From the NCBI GenBank assembly GCA_964477745.1, contig CAYZEI010000002.1, positions 5,054 through 69,053 on the forward strand: a stretch of DNA of 64,000 nt, in the 5' to 3' direction. The translations under genes and the position numbers were made by a program. Positions 47,413 through 57,003 of this stretch are shown piece after piece. Origin of the DNA: an uncultured Candidatus Saccharibacteria bacterium. GTDB lineage: Bacteria; Patescibacteriota; Doudnabacteria; UBA920. Position 1 is the stretch's first letter; each line of letters opens with the position of its first letter. The notes below the pieces were generated by a model. That model had not been told where the DNA came from. It searched no databases and saw nothing but the letters and a program-made list of their open reading frames with translations.

Positions 47413-48675
47413 TTACTTATCGGTATATACTTTTCTTAAATCTGTAACTAGCTTTGGTAAAATTTTCAAAAGTTTTTTTAAATCATTCAATGTGGTACTT
47501 TTGCCCAAGCTAAACCTTACGCTACTTTTAGCCTCGCTTAGGGATCTACCTATGGCTAACAAGACATGAGAAGGCTCATTGGTGGCACAGGCGCTAGAAG
47601 TTGAGACGCTAAAGCCATAGGCGTCCAAATAAAGCAACAGTGCCTCCCCTTCTACTCCAAAAAAAGTAAAATTGATGTTATTGGGTAATTTATTTAATTT
47701 AATAAATTTATTATTTTTTATTTCATTTACTTTTAATTTACTATTATCAGCACCGTTTAAAAGTACATTAGGAATCAACTTAATTACTTGTTCGGTTAGA
47801 AACTTTTGTAATTTAAATAATCTGGCGTTTTCTTTATTGGCTTCTGCTTGCGCCAACTCAAAGGCCTTGGATAGACCAACTACCCCGGGAACGTTCTCTG
47901 TTCCGGCTCTTAAACCTTTTTCCTGCTCTCCACCATGCACAAACGGAGCAATTGGAGTTCCTATCCTCACATACAAAAATCCGGTCTGCTTGGGGCCGTA
48001 AATTTTGCTCCCATTAACTGACATTAAATCCACTCCGAGTTTTTCTACATTCAAGCTCGAGCTCCCGGAAGCCTGACAAGCATCGGTATGGAAAAATATT
48101 CGCGGTAAGTTATTTTTTATTCTTTCAATATTAATTCCTTTGAGCCACTTCCCTATTTCCTCAATTGGTTGTAGCGTACCGATTTCATTATTGGCATACA
48201 TTACGGAAATTAAAATAGTTTCCGGTCGCACCGAGGCTTTGAGTTTAGCTAAATCAATAAGGCCGAATTTATCTACTCCCACTAAACTGGTTTTATAGCC
48301 CTCCCCTTTTAGATAAGAAAAAGAATTTATTACACAATGATGTTCGATTGTGGAAGTAATTAAATGCGGTAGCCCGAGTTTGTGAGATTTACTGCTTTCG
48401 GCCATCTTTGCCATTCCAAGAATTGCCAAATTAACACTTTCCGTTCCCCCGGCGGTAAAAATAATCTCGGCCGGTTTAGCGCCGATAATTTTGGCAATGG
48501 CATTTCGTGAATTTTCCAAGGCCTCCTTAGCCTGCTTCCCATGGGAATGCAACGAAGATGGATTGCCAAATTTTTCACTTTCAAAAGGCGCCATAGCCTT
48601 TTTAACCCGCGGGTCAATTGGGGTGGTGGACGCGTAATCCAAGTAAATTAAATTTTTAGATTTCTTTTGATACAT
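47413..48675 (-). CDS. Cysteine desulfurase (NifS/IscS family, class V aminotransferase)
   Basis: LIYLDYASTTP and PLP-Lys SVNGSKIYGPKQTGFLYV. Start set at MYQKK; the upstream extension overlaps strong hairpins. Confidence 0.85.
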   Translation of the reverse strand: MYQKKSKNLIYLDYASTTPIDPRVKKAMAPFESEKFGNPSSLHSHGKQAKEALENSRNAIAKIIGAKPAEIIFTAGGTESVNLAILGMAKMAESSKSHKLGLPHLITSTIEHHCVINSFSYLKGEGYKTSLVGVDKFGLIDLAKLKASVRPETILISVMYANNEIGTLQPIEEIGKWLKGINIERIKNNLPRIFFHTDACQASGSSSLNVEKLGVDLMSVNGSKIYGPKQTGFLYVRIGTPIAPFVHGGEQEKGLRAGTENVPGVVGLSKAFELAQAEANKENARLFKLQKFLTEQVIKLIPNVLLNGADNSKLKVNEIKNNKFIKLNKLPNNINFTFFGVEGEALLLYLDAYGFSVSTSSACATNEPSHVLLAIGRSLSEAKSSVRFSLGKSTTLNDLKKLLKILPKLVTDLRKVYTDK

Positions 48676-48689
48676 AAATATTTTAAAAA

Positions 48690-49145
48690 TAACCGCCGTG
48701 AGGTAAAACCCCGCGGCGGAAGAAGGAAGCATACTCGGCATCTTCAGACCTTCTTCCGCCGTGCTTAAACTTTAAGCGTTAAAGCTGTCTCGGCCATACT
48801 ACAGCCGTTAAAACGACAACCCGACTTAAAGTCCGAGCTCTTAACAACGAGCGCTCGTCTTGTTAAGAGCTCTTATTAAAGAGCGTGTAGCGAATCAGAA
48901 GGAGGCTGGCAGTCTTCAATCCCCAAAGCTGTTACCCTTTGAAAAGAGACTACCACAGATTGCCTGTGGTTGCGGGAGCCGGTGTTAACGACTTGCCACA
49001 AACAACCCATTCCTCCTTCTGTCGCTAACTCACCAGGATTTCTCCTAGCGAGATAAAGCCTCTCAAAACCATGAACCCACCCGAAGAAGGAGGCGTTCAG
49101 GGAAATATAAGCGTGATGTCGTCGCCTATTCAAGAGGCCTGATTA
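48690..49145 (-). ncRNA. Candidate structured RNA gene (about 400-450 nt, GC-rich); leading guess RNase P RNA (rnpB)
   Basis: No credible ORF. Many long stems (e.g. gagctcttaacaa...ttgttaagagctc; cggcggaagaagg...ccttcttccgccg). A..AAGUCCGAGCUC / GAGCUCGGACUU segments resemble RNase P CR-I/CR-V. Bounded by terminators on both sides. Confidence 0.35.
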
Positions 49146-49164
49146 AAAATACTATACAATATAA

Positions 49165-49196
49165 AACAAAAAAAGTCAACCTATTTAAGGCTGACT
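49165..49196 (-). terminator. Terminator for the 49211..49624 gene (gtcagcc-ttaaatagg-ttgac + T7 on the minus strand)
   Basis: Hairpin plus T-run. Confidence 0.6.
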
Positions 49197-49210
49197 AATT
49201 TAAATTATTA

Positions 49211-49624
49211 TTACCTCTGAGATTTTACAAACCCTGCTGTCACCGCCTCCCCTTCCGTTTTAAAACATTGTTCCGGTTTTACAGTTTTATAAAATGCCCC
49301 GCCACTGACATGATAAATCTTTTTACCCCCGGACGAAATATTCCCTTTAACAATACAATCAGTGGCGGGAGTTGAACTAGCAACCACCACTGTCCCCTGC
49401 TGAGCCTCTTTTGCCGGAGCTACGGTTTCTTGTGTAATTGGTTTTTTATCTGAATTTGTGGTATAATTATTTTGTGACTTTATTTTTTCTCGGCGATATC
49501 CCCGCTCAAAACGACCGCTACCGAAACCGATAAAAAATACTAAAACAAAACACACAGATATAACTACCTGCTGTTTGTTTTCTTTTTTCTCTAACCAATC
49601 TTTAATTTCTTGATAAGAAAACAT
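49211..49624 (-). CDS. Small membrane-anchored protein with Cys-containing C-terminal domain
   Basis: N-terminal TM. C-terminal CIVKGNISSGGKKIYHVSGGAFYKT...CFKTEGEAVTAGF. Confidence 0.45.
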   Translation of the reverse strand: MFSYQEIKDWLEKKENKQQVVISVCFVLVFFIGFGSGRFERGYRREKIKSQNNYTTNSDKKPITQETVAPAKEAQQGTVVVASSTPATDCIVKGNISSGGKKIYHVSGGAFYKTVKPEQCFKTEGEAVTAGFVKSQR

Positions 49625-49657
49625 ACCCTAATATTATAGCACTTTTGTGAAATCTTT

Positions 49658-50992
49658 ATGAAATACGCATTTGTACTAGGCAGAGTTTATACCTTATCTA
49701 TAGCGGAATTAATTGCAGTTTTGGAAAAACCTGACCAAGCCTTAGGTTTAACCGGCACACCAACAAAGATTCTGGAGACTTCTCCGGAGATTTTAGTTAT
49801 AGAAACAGAAAACCCTCTGAATGCGGAAAAATTGCAAAAAAAATTAGGCGGGATGGTGAAAGTTTTAGAAGTGGTGGACATGGTAAAAAAACGAGAAGCC
49901 GAATCCGTCAACTTTGCATTAAAACATTACTTTAGACCGGGAATTTTAAAAAAACAATTTTTCAAAGACTATAAAGGTAAGGTGCAATTTGGCTTAAGCA
50001 TTTATCTTTTAGATATGGAACTCTTAAGACCACCGACTTCTACCGACAGGCAGGAGCGCGGTTCGTTTAACAGTATTTTTGCCGAACCAAAACGTATCGG
50101 CATGATGATAAAAAAAGGCCTAACCGAAACCGGTGCCAGCGTTAGATTGGTCTTGCCGGAATTTAATTCCTTATCTTTAGCTTCCGTAGTTGTCACCAAA
50201 AATCTTTTATTACAAAAGGGCGCGGAAATTTGTTTACTGGCCGGCAAAGACAGAGTCTACACGGCCAAAACTTTAGCCGTGCAAGATTTTGAAGACTATG
50301 GCCGACGCGACTACCAGCGCCCGGTACGGGATGAAAAACAAGGAATGATTCCACCCAAGGTGGCACAAATTATGTTAAATTTGTCCGGCTCCAAAGCCGG
50401 CGATACTGTCTTAGACCCTTTTTGTGGTATAGGCACAATCATACAAGAAGGAATTTTATTAGGTTACAAAATGCTAGGTAGTGATATTAATAAAAAGGCA
50501 ATCCACGGCAGTGAACAAAATTTAGAATGGTTCCGCAATCGCTACAAAATTTCCCCGGGCAAATATCATGTGGAAGTAGCCGATGCAAAAAAAGTTACCG
50601 GTTTACTGTCCGCCCAAAAAATCAATGCCGTTGTCACCGAAGGAACCTTAGGACCGATTTACGGCAAGTATCCCAAGCCAGAGGAAATTACCGCCAATTT
50701 TAATGATCTAACCAAACTTTATACCGCTTGCCTAGCGGAATTTGGGAAAATGTTGCCGTCAAAAGGGCGGGTGGTAATGTGTATTCCGGCATATAAAAAG
50801 ACCCGTGACATCTACGAAATGTTGCCCAGTCTTGACTTTATAGAGGCTTTAGGATATAATTTAGTGGATATTATTTCTCCCAGTTTGGCGAAAAAAATGA
50901 AATTTTTAAGGTTTTCAAACCGCGGAACCGCGATTTATGACCGCAAAGATCAAGTCGTCGCCAGAGAAATAGTCATCTTTGAAAAAATTTAA
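49658..50992 (+). CDS. Putative RNA (guanine-N2) methyltransferase, Trm11/RlmL-like (THUMP-like N-terminus + class I MTase)
   Basis: VLDPFCGIGTIIQEG motif I. Motif IV is non-canonical (VVTEGTLGP instead of D/NPPY). Confidence 0.5.
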   Translation: MKYAFVLGRVYTLSIAELIAVLEKPDQALGLTGTPTKILETSPEILVIETENPLNAEKLQKKLGGMVKVLEVVDMVKKREAESVNFALKHYFRPGILKKQFFKDYKGKVQFGLSIYLLDMELLRPPTSTDRQERGSFNSIFAEPKRIGMMIKKGLTETGASVRLVLPEFNSLSLASVVVTKNLLLQKGAEICLLAGKDRVYTAKTLAVQDFEDYGRRDYQRPVRDEKQGMIPPKVAQIMLNLSGSKAGDTVLDPFCGIGTIIQEGILLGYKMLGSDINKKAIHGSEQNLEWFRNRYKISPGKYHVEVADAKKVTGLLSAQKINAVVTEGTLGPIYGKYPKPEEITANFNDLTKLYTACLAEFGKMLPSKGRVVMCIPAYKKTRDIYEMLPSLDFIEALGYNLVDIISPSLAKKMKFLRFSNRGTAIYDRKDQVVAREIVIFEKI

Positions 50993-51058
50993 TTAGCGAA
51001 CTGTGAACGGCGATTTTAACTAATCGCTAATTACTATTCTCTATTCACTAGGAACCAA

Positions 51059-51343
51059 ATGGCTCATAAAAAAGCAGGCGGCAGTACAGCACTTGGCCGC
51101 GATTCAGTATCAAAACGCTTAGGCGTAAAAATCTTCGGTGACCAAGCCACTAAAAAAGGCCAGGTTTTAGTTAGACAAAAAGGTACCAAATACCACCCGG
51201 GCAAGAATGTCCAAATCGGTGGAGACTCCACTCTCTATGCCTTAACTGACGGAATGGTCAAATTCCAAAGCAAGATGGTTAAAAAATTCCACGGCAACTT
51301 AAAGAGAACCAGAATAGTCAATGTTGTCCCTGTAAAAAAATAA
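51059..51343 (+). CDS. rpmA: 50S ribosomal protein L27
   Basis: [10 protein letters not shown]...[11 protein letters not shown]. Confidence 0.95.
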   Translation: MAHKKAGGSTALGRDSVSKRLGVKIFGDQATKKGQVLVRQKGTKYHPGKNVQIGGDSTLYALTDGMVKFQSKMVKKFHGNLKRTRIVNVVPVKK

Positions 51344-51359
51344 TTCCCCTATTTTAAAA

Positions 51360-51391
51360 ATCCCCCCGATATTCATCGGGGGGATTTTTTG
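51360..51391. terminator. Bidirectional terminator (atccccccgat-attc-atcggggggat + T)
   Basis: Palindrome plus T-run. Confidence 0.7.
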
Positions 51392-51398
51392 ATGCTTT

Positions 51399-51653
51399 TT
51401 ATGTGTGTTTTATTTTTAACGCTAAAATCACAACGGCAAACAAAAAAGAGATTATGTTGGAAATGTAGATTGGGGGTTGCTTTAATAATAGCCCGTAAAT
51501 AACCCACAATAAAGTTCCGGAAATCAAAGTAGCATAAGTCCAAAAAGACAAATCGCCTGCACTTTTGGTTTTATATAATTTTAATGCTTGCGGTAAAAGG
51601 GAAACGGTTGTTAAAGTTGCCCCTAGCGTGCCGATAATTGCAATGTAATCCAT
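51399..51653 (-). CDS. SemiSWEET (PQ-loop/MtN3 family) sugar transporter
   Basis: 84 aa with 3 TMs. LPQALKLYKTKSAGDLS PQ-loop motif. Confidence 0.7.
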   Translation of the reverse strand: MDYIAIIGTLGATLTTVSLLPQALKLYKTKSAGDLSFWTYATLISGTLLWVIYGLLLKQPPIYISNIISFLFAVVILALKIKHT

Positions 51654-51656
51654 TAG

Positions 51657-53360
51657 TTATTTTATACCTTTCAACTTCACGACAGATTTCATAAACCCGG
51701 CAAATAGTGGGTGTGGGGACAACGGGCGGGATTGAAATTCCGGATGGAATTGACTGGCCACAAAATACGGATGATTTTTGAGTTCAATAATTTCCACCAA
51801 TTTACCGTCCGGTGTAGTACCGGAAATAACCAACCCGGCAGATTCTAATTTTTCCCGATACTCATTGTTAAATTCATAACGGTGGCGGTGGCGTTCGCTA
51901 ATTTTGGCCTTGCCGTTTTTGTTTATTAGTCCGGCGTCAAGGTAAGCTTTTTCGGTTACGGTTCCGCGAGTAATTACGCAGTCCCAAGACCCGAGACGCA
52001 TAGTTGCGCCGTATTCGCGATTCAATAATTTCTTTTCCTGGTCAGGCATAATGTGAATAACTTTATGCGGAGCGTCATCATCCACTTCGGTTGTATTGGC
52101 TCCTTTTAACTTTGCCACATTACGGGCAAATTCTATGCTGGCCATTTGCATACCATAACACAAACCCAAATATGGTACGTTATTTTCTCGCGCAAATTGA
52201 ATAGTTTGGATCATCCCCTCAGTTCCCCTACTGCCAAAGCCTCCCGGCACTACAATGCCGTCAAATTCTCCCAAAACAGCCTTAGCGCCCTTCTTTTCTA
52301 TATCTATACTAGAAACCCAGTGCAAATTAGTCTTGACCCCATTTAACCACGATGCGTGCTTAATGGCCTCCACAACCGAAATATAAACATCGGCCAATTT
52401 ATAGGCGCCGGTTTCATAATATTTTCCCACAACCCCTATGTTAACAACTTTTTTAGAAGAGCTGGACTTGGTAATTCTTGCTACCAAATTTTTCCATTCC
52501 TTAAATTCATTTTTCCTCGGCTTCATTTTGAACTTTTCCAAAATTTTGTCTGTAAACTTTTGTGCGTCAAAATTCAAAGGCACGCGGTAAATAGAATCGG
52601 CATTTGGCGCAGCAATAATATGTGTAGCCGGAATGTTACAAGTCCAGGCTAAAGTTTCTTTGCGTCTGTCGTCTACCGGTAATTCCGCTCTGGCTACCAA
52701 AAAGTCCGGCTGAATACCACTGGCAATAAGTAATTTAACCGAGGTCTGCGCCGGCTTGCTCTTCATTTCCCCAACACTTGGAGGGGTCGGCAAATAGGCC
52801 ACGTGAACATGGACCACATCGCGATTGTCGCGATACTTCATAATACGGTTCGCTTCCACAAACAAAATATTTTGGTACTCCCCGACTGTTCCGCCAATTT
52901 CCGCAATGACAAAATCTGCCTTTCTTTCTGAAGCAGCCAACTCAAGCCTACGAATAATTTCTTCCGGCACATGCATAGCCACTTCCACATCTTCACCGTC
53001 ATATTCAAAATTACGTTCTTTTTGGATTATATGCTGATACAGCTGGCCATTGGTTAAATAGTTGGAGCTGGTTAAATCCGTATTCATAAACCGCTCGTAG
53101 TTGCCCAAGTCCTGGTCGGTTTCCATACCATCCTTGGTCACAAACACTTCCCCGTGTTCCTGTGGACGAATTGTCCCGGCATCCACATTCAAATAGGCAT
53201 CCATTTTTACCGGTGCCACGCGGTACCCGCGAGATTCCAGCAAAAGAGCTAAAGATGCTGTTGTAACACCTTTACCGACAGAAGAAATAACTCCTCCGGA
53301 AACAAAAATAAACTTGGTATTCAACTTTTTGGCTTTGCGTGGTTTGATGTGGTAGGACAT
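51657..53360 (-). CDS. pyrG: CTP synthase
   Basis: FVSGGVISSVGKG. GATase GLCYGMQ. Confidence 0.95.
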   Translation of the reverse strand: MSYHIKPRKAKKLNTKFIFVSGGVISSVGKGVTTASLALLLESRGYRVAPVKMDAYLNVDAGTIRPQEHGEVFVTKDGMETDQDLGNYERFMNTDLTSSNYLTNGQLYQHIIQKERNFEYDGEDVEVAMHVPEEIIRRLELAASERKADFVIAEIGGTVGEYQNILFVEANRIMKYRDNRDVVHVHVAYLPTPPSVGEMKSKPAQTSVKLLIASGIQPDFLVARAELPVDDRRKETLAWTCNIPATHIIAAPNADSIYRVPLNFDAQKFTDKILEKFKMKPRKNEFKEWKNLVARITKSSSSKKVVNIGVVGKYYETGAYKLADVYISVVEAIKHASWLNGVKTNLHWVSSIDIEKKGAKAVLGEFDGIVVPGGFGSRGTEGMIQTIQFARENNVPYLGLCYGMQMASIEFARNVAKLKGANTTEVDDDAPHKVIHIMPDQEKKLLNREYGATMRLGSWDCVITRGTVTEKAYLDAGLINKNGKAKISERHRHRYEFNNEYREKLESAGLVISGTTPDGKLVEIIELKNHPYFVASQFHPEFQSRPLSPHPLFAGFMKSVVKLKGIK

Positions 53361-53372
53361 AGATTTTGAATT

Positions 53373-53404
53373 TTCCGCCAGAGGCGGATCCGCCTCTGGC
53401 GGAA
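53373..53404. terminator. 32-bp perfect palindrome (ttccgccagaggcGGATCCgcctctggcggaa) between convergently ending genes
   Basis: Perfect inverted repeat. Confidence 0.6.
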
Positions 53405-53436
53405 AGAATTAAGATTTAGGATTTAAGAAATTAAAA

Positions 53437-54510
53437 TTATTTTGTAAATTTAAAGGTTGAAAGTATTTTATTTATCAAAATATTGTCTTCATACAGCACC
53501 CCAACACCATCTGGACTGCTACCTTCGTTCACATAAGACTGAAAACCTATTCGTAATGTTTTATTTCCTAAAACGGTTTCTACTTCAGAAGACATCCAAG
53601 GGCCATCGCCGTTTCCATACATATAACCAATTTGGTCACCGACCTTGACTTGCTTTGCATCTTCTACAATACCTCCAAGATTTTCAATCTTTTTTGGGTC
53701 AAATTTTTTATTTAATACCTGCGTGCCAATCGTGTCAGGCCCCTTAGTCAATGCTATAAACCCTTCCGCAAGACCACTTTGCAAAACAAAATCTGCCGGA
53801 TGCATAAACTCAAACCCGTACTGCTCATTTGTATATGCTTGCCAGTTTGAGGTGTCAAGTGATTTTGTAAATTTAAAGGTTGAAAGAATCTTTTTAAACT
53901 CTTCTGGAATCAATGACTCGCTAGAAAATTGGAAAACTTGATTATCTTTAATAATAAATGCCGAGCCACTAATCCCTCTGCCTTCTGGTTCCAAATAATA
54001 TCCTCTAGTTCCATTAAAATCGATTGTTTCGGTCGTTTTGGAGGATACCAGAAAATCTCCTAAAGTTTTAAAGTTATTTCCATTTTTATTTAAAACAATA
54101 CCGGGGTCATTCTTAGAAACAGTTATCCAAATAGTTGACTCATACCCTTCCTCGGCCAATTGACATTTAGATGTCTTTTCACAAATAAAAATTAAGCCAT
54201 CTTTCTCTTGTTTTATTGTCCAATCAGTTGGGTAGTTAATTTCAAACCCATACTGGTCATTTTTATAAGTTATCCAATCTTTAATCTCTGAATCGCTTAT
54301 TTGCTGACTTGCTGATTTGCTGACCTCATGCTTCGGCAAACTATTTTGTGTCTCTTCGTAAATCTTTTGTCGATACTGATTGCTCCATACGGAAAACATT
54401 ACTAAAGTAATGCCGGAAAATAGAAAGACAAAAATAAACACCAAAGAAAGCATTTTTAGCTTTGGATTGGCTTCCCACATATCCGGTTTTGGTTCAAGAT
54501 TGTCTATCAT
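53437..54510 (-). CDS. Hypothetical N-terminally anchored protein with duplicated C-terminal module (ILSTFKFTK repeat)
   Basis: Internal repeat visible in both protein and DNA (tttgtaaatttaaaggttgaaag occurs twice). Confidence 0.45.
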   Translation of the reverse strand: MIDNLEPKPDMWEANPKLKMLSLVFIFVFLFSGITLVMFSVWSNQYRQKIYEETQNSLPKHEVSKSASQQISDSEIKDWITYKNDQYGFEINYPTDWTIKQEKDGLIFICEKTSKCQLAEEGYESTIWITVSKNDPGIVLNKNGNNFKTLGDFLVSSKTTETIDFNGTRGYYLEPEGRGISGSAFIIKDNQVFQFSSESLIPEEFKKILSTFKFTKSLDTSNWQAYTNEQYGFEFMHPADFVLQSGLAEGFIALTKGPDTIGTQVLNKKFDPKKIENLGGIVEDAKQVKVGDQIGYMYGNGDGPWMSSEVETVLGNKTLRIGFQSYVNEGSSPDGVGVLYEDNILINKILSTFKFTK

Positions 54511-54513
54511 AAA

Positions 54514-54960
54514 TTATTCTGCTTCTACATTAATCTTGGTTTCCGCCGTTATGCCGGAAGCCAGGCGGACTTTTACCGGGTGAAGTCCCAAAGTTTTAAT
54601 CACCCCGGAAATTTCAATTTGGCTCTTTTCCAATTCCAATCCCATCTTGCTATTTATGGCCGACAAAATATCTTTTTCATGGACACTGGAAAATACCTGA
54701 CCCTTTTCCCCAACTTTAATTTTGAAAGAAAAGGTTCGTTTTTCTATGTCGTTTTTTAAGGCCCGCAATTTCTCAGTTTCCTTTAATTTCTTTGTATGTG
54801 CTTCCTTTTGTTCTTTTGCCACTGTGGCTTGAATTTGTGGGGTAGCAATTTGTGCAAAACCTTTGGCAATTAAAAAATTCTTACCGTAGCCTTCGCTAAC
54901 GTCTTTAATCTCCCCTTTTTTGCCTGCTCCAGGTGCGTCTTTTGTAAATATAACTTTCAT
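54514..54960 (-). CDS. rplI: 50S ribosomal protein L9
   Basis: [30 protein letters not shown]. Confidence 0.9.
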   Translation of the reverse strand: MKVIFTKDAPGAGKKGEIKDVSEGYGKNFLIAKGFAQIATPQIQATVAKEQKEAHTKKLKETEKLRALKNDIEKRTFSFKIKVGEKGQVFSSVHEKDILSAINSKMGLELEKSQIEISGVIKTLGLHPVKVRLASGITAETKINVEAE

Positions 54961-54964
54961 AAAT

Positions 54965-55090
54965 TAAAGATACAAATTAACAAATGCACAAATAATACAA
55001 ATAACAACAAATTTTAAAACCAAGTATTTGTAGGCATTTGTATCATTTGTGTTTTTGTATATTCGTATTACATTTTGTTAAAAATAAAAA
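54965..55090. repeat. Imperfect long palindrome built from acaaat / atttgt units
   Basis: gatacaaattaacaaatgcacaaataatacaaata ... gtatttgtaggcatttgtatcatttgtg. Confidence 0.4.
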
Positions 55091-55239
55091 ACTCCCTTTT
55101 TCTTCCAAATTTCTAACTTTTTTGGAAGATTTATAAGAGAGTCCAGTGTCTTCTTTTTCCTACAAGCTACAAGCAAATAGCTATAAGCTAATAAGGGCTC
55201 TTTGTTAGTATACTTGAGAGAGAAAATATGTCAAATACC

Positions 55240-56157
55240 CTATATTTTTAAATACTTTCTCACAGCTAAGAAAGTCGAACCAATAGACAGTACCAAGGAC
55301 AACCCAAACAAAATTACTAGTAAGTAGGCATAATTAAATACGCTATTGTTATATAGACTGACGTTAGGACTTACATAATTGGTCACGGCCGGAATTATCT
55401 TGGTGAATACAGGAATAAACAACATCCCGGTAATTAAAGTAGAAAAAATACTATACATTAAACTTTCCATTAAAAAGGGCCCGCGAATATACCAATTAGT
55501 CGCTCCCACCAGACGCATAATTTCAACTTCTTCTTTGCGGTTATAAATTGTCAGGGTAATTGTGTTATAAATAACCAAAACCGCAATTAACGCAAACACC
55601 GCAAACAGTGCTAAACCAAAAGTAATAATAAACCCTAGCACTTTGGTTAACCGCTCAATTATAACCCGATTATCTTCATAATTTACCTTGTCCACAAAAT
55701 TGGTATATTTTTCCGACTGCATTTTTTCGGCCACGGCCGGATAATCTTCCAAGTTCACGGCTTTAATATGCAAAGTAGCGGGGAGTGGATTTTCGTTTAA
55801 CTCATTAAGTGATTGGGTAATTAGTTGGTCATCTTGGTGCTTAGCTTTAAAATCCTCAAAAGCCTGGACTGCGGAAACATAAACCACTTCTTTTACTTTA
55901 GGATCTTGAGAAATTTCAGTTTTAATAGTTTTAATTTGGTCTTCGGCTAATCCGATTTTAAAATACACGCTAATATCTACAGTGTTTTGAATTGTCTTAA
56001 TGGAGTAGTTGGTTAATACAAACAACAAAAACAAGGTAGAAAAAATTACCAAGGTTATGGTCATGACCATAGTGGCAGCCATAGACAACCATAAGTTACG
56101 AACAAAATTCGTAGCTCCGGTTTTTATGACTCGTAAAAATGAAATGGAATCAAACAT
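55240..56157 (-). CDS. ftsX: Cell division permease FtsX
   Basis: 4-TM FtsX topology downstream of ftsE. Confidence 0.8.
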   Translation of the reverse strand: MFDSISFLRVIKTGATNFVRNLWLSMAATMVMTITLVIFSTLFLLFVLTNYSIKTIQNTVDISVYFKIGLAEDQIKTIKTEISQDPKVKEVVYVSAVQAFEDFKAKHQDDQLITQSLNELNENPLPATLHIKAVNLEDYPAVAEKMQSEKYTNFVDKVNYEDNRVIIERLTKVLGFIITFGLALFAVFALIAVLVIYNTITLTIYNRKEEVEIMRLVGATNWYIRGPFLMESLMYSIFSTLITGMLFIPVFTKIIPAVTNYVSPNVSLYNNSVFNYAYLLVILFGLSLVLSIGSTFLAVRKYLKI

Positions 56158-56221
56158 AAAATAGGTGTTAGGTTTTAGCTTGTAGCTTCTAGGGTTAAAC
56201 CTAAAAGCTAGTAGCTATAAG

Positions 56222-56899
56222 CTAGAGCTTGTATTTTCCTTTTTGTTGTTCAATAGTAATTTTTCCGCCTTCAATAGTAATAACGCGCTTTTTAATTTTA
56301 TTTACTAAATCCGAGGCGTGAGTTGCTAAAATTACGGTTGTCCCCAGCTGGTTTATTTTCATTAGCAAATCTATGACTTCAGCGGCATTAACTTCGTCCA
56401 AATTTCCGGTAGGCTCGTCGGCAAGTAACAGTAATGGGCGGTGTGATAAGGCGCGGGCAATGGCTACGCGTTGTTTTTCTCCGCCGGACATTTCGTGAGG
56501 AAAACTGTCTTTTTTATGCAAAAGCCCGACTAAATCCAAAATTTTTGGCACTTCCAGCTTAATCTTATCTAACCTATGTCCACAAACTTCCATGGCAAAA
56601 GCCACGTTTTCAAACGCGGTACGTCTAGGTAGAAGTTTGATATCCTGAAAAACCATGCCGATTTTTCGGCGCAAATAAGGGAGGTCGGATTTTTTAACTT
56701 TTGTTATATCAACATCATCAATAAAAATTTTTCCGCCGTCTATCGCCTCTTCACGAATAATCAATTTCAAAAGAGTGGACTTGCCGGCGCCTGAAAGCCC
56801 CACAATCGAGACAAATTCTCCCCGATGCACCTGCAAATTAATGCCGTCTAAGGCACGTTGATGATTATATTTTTTTACAACATTTTCAAATTTGATCAT
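56222..56899 (-). CDS. ftsE: Cell division ATP-binding protein FtsE
   Basis: Walker A GLSGAGKST. ABC signature LSGGEKQR. Start set at MIKFENV. Confidence 0.9.
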   Translation of the reverse strand: MIKFENVVKKYNHQRALDGINLQVHRGEFVSIVGLSGAGKSTLLKLIIREEAIDGGKIFIDDVDITKVKKSDLPYLRRKIGMVFQDIKLLPRRTAFENVAFAMEVCGHRLDKIKLEVPKILDLVGLLHKKDSFPHEMSGGEKQRVAIARALSHRPLLLLADEPTGNLDEVNAAEVIDLLMKINQLGTTVILATHASDLVNKIKKRVITIEGGKITIEQQKGKYKL

Positions 56900-56902
56900 A
56901 AT

Positions 56903-56985
56903 CTTTACGAATACGAACATTTACGAACATACGAAATTAGCACTTGTATAAATTCGTAAGTTCGTATTAATTCGTACTTCGTAAA
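56903..56985. repeat. 'acgaa' palindromic element copy 3 (between prfB and ftsE)
   Basis: ctttacgaatacgaacatttacgaacatacgaaatt...aattcgtaagttcgtattaattcgtacttcgtaaaa. Confidence 0.65.
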
Positions 56986-57003
56986 ATCATTATACCAGAT
57001 TTT

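Noticed and set aside
48876-49133. 85-aa ORF inside the GC-rich 48690..49145 segment
   Set aside because: Arg/His-rich nonsense-like product, no SD, embedded in dense secondary structure. The region is better explained as ncRNA.
48690-49145. tmRNA (ssrA) as identity of the structured RNA
   Set aside because: No tRNA-like 3' end (GGTTCGAATCC...CCA) or 5' GGGG acceptor strand was found on either strand.
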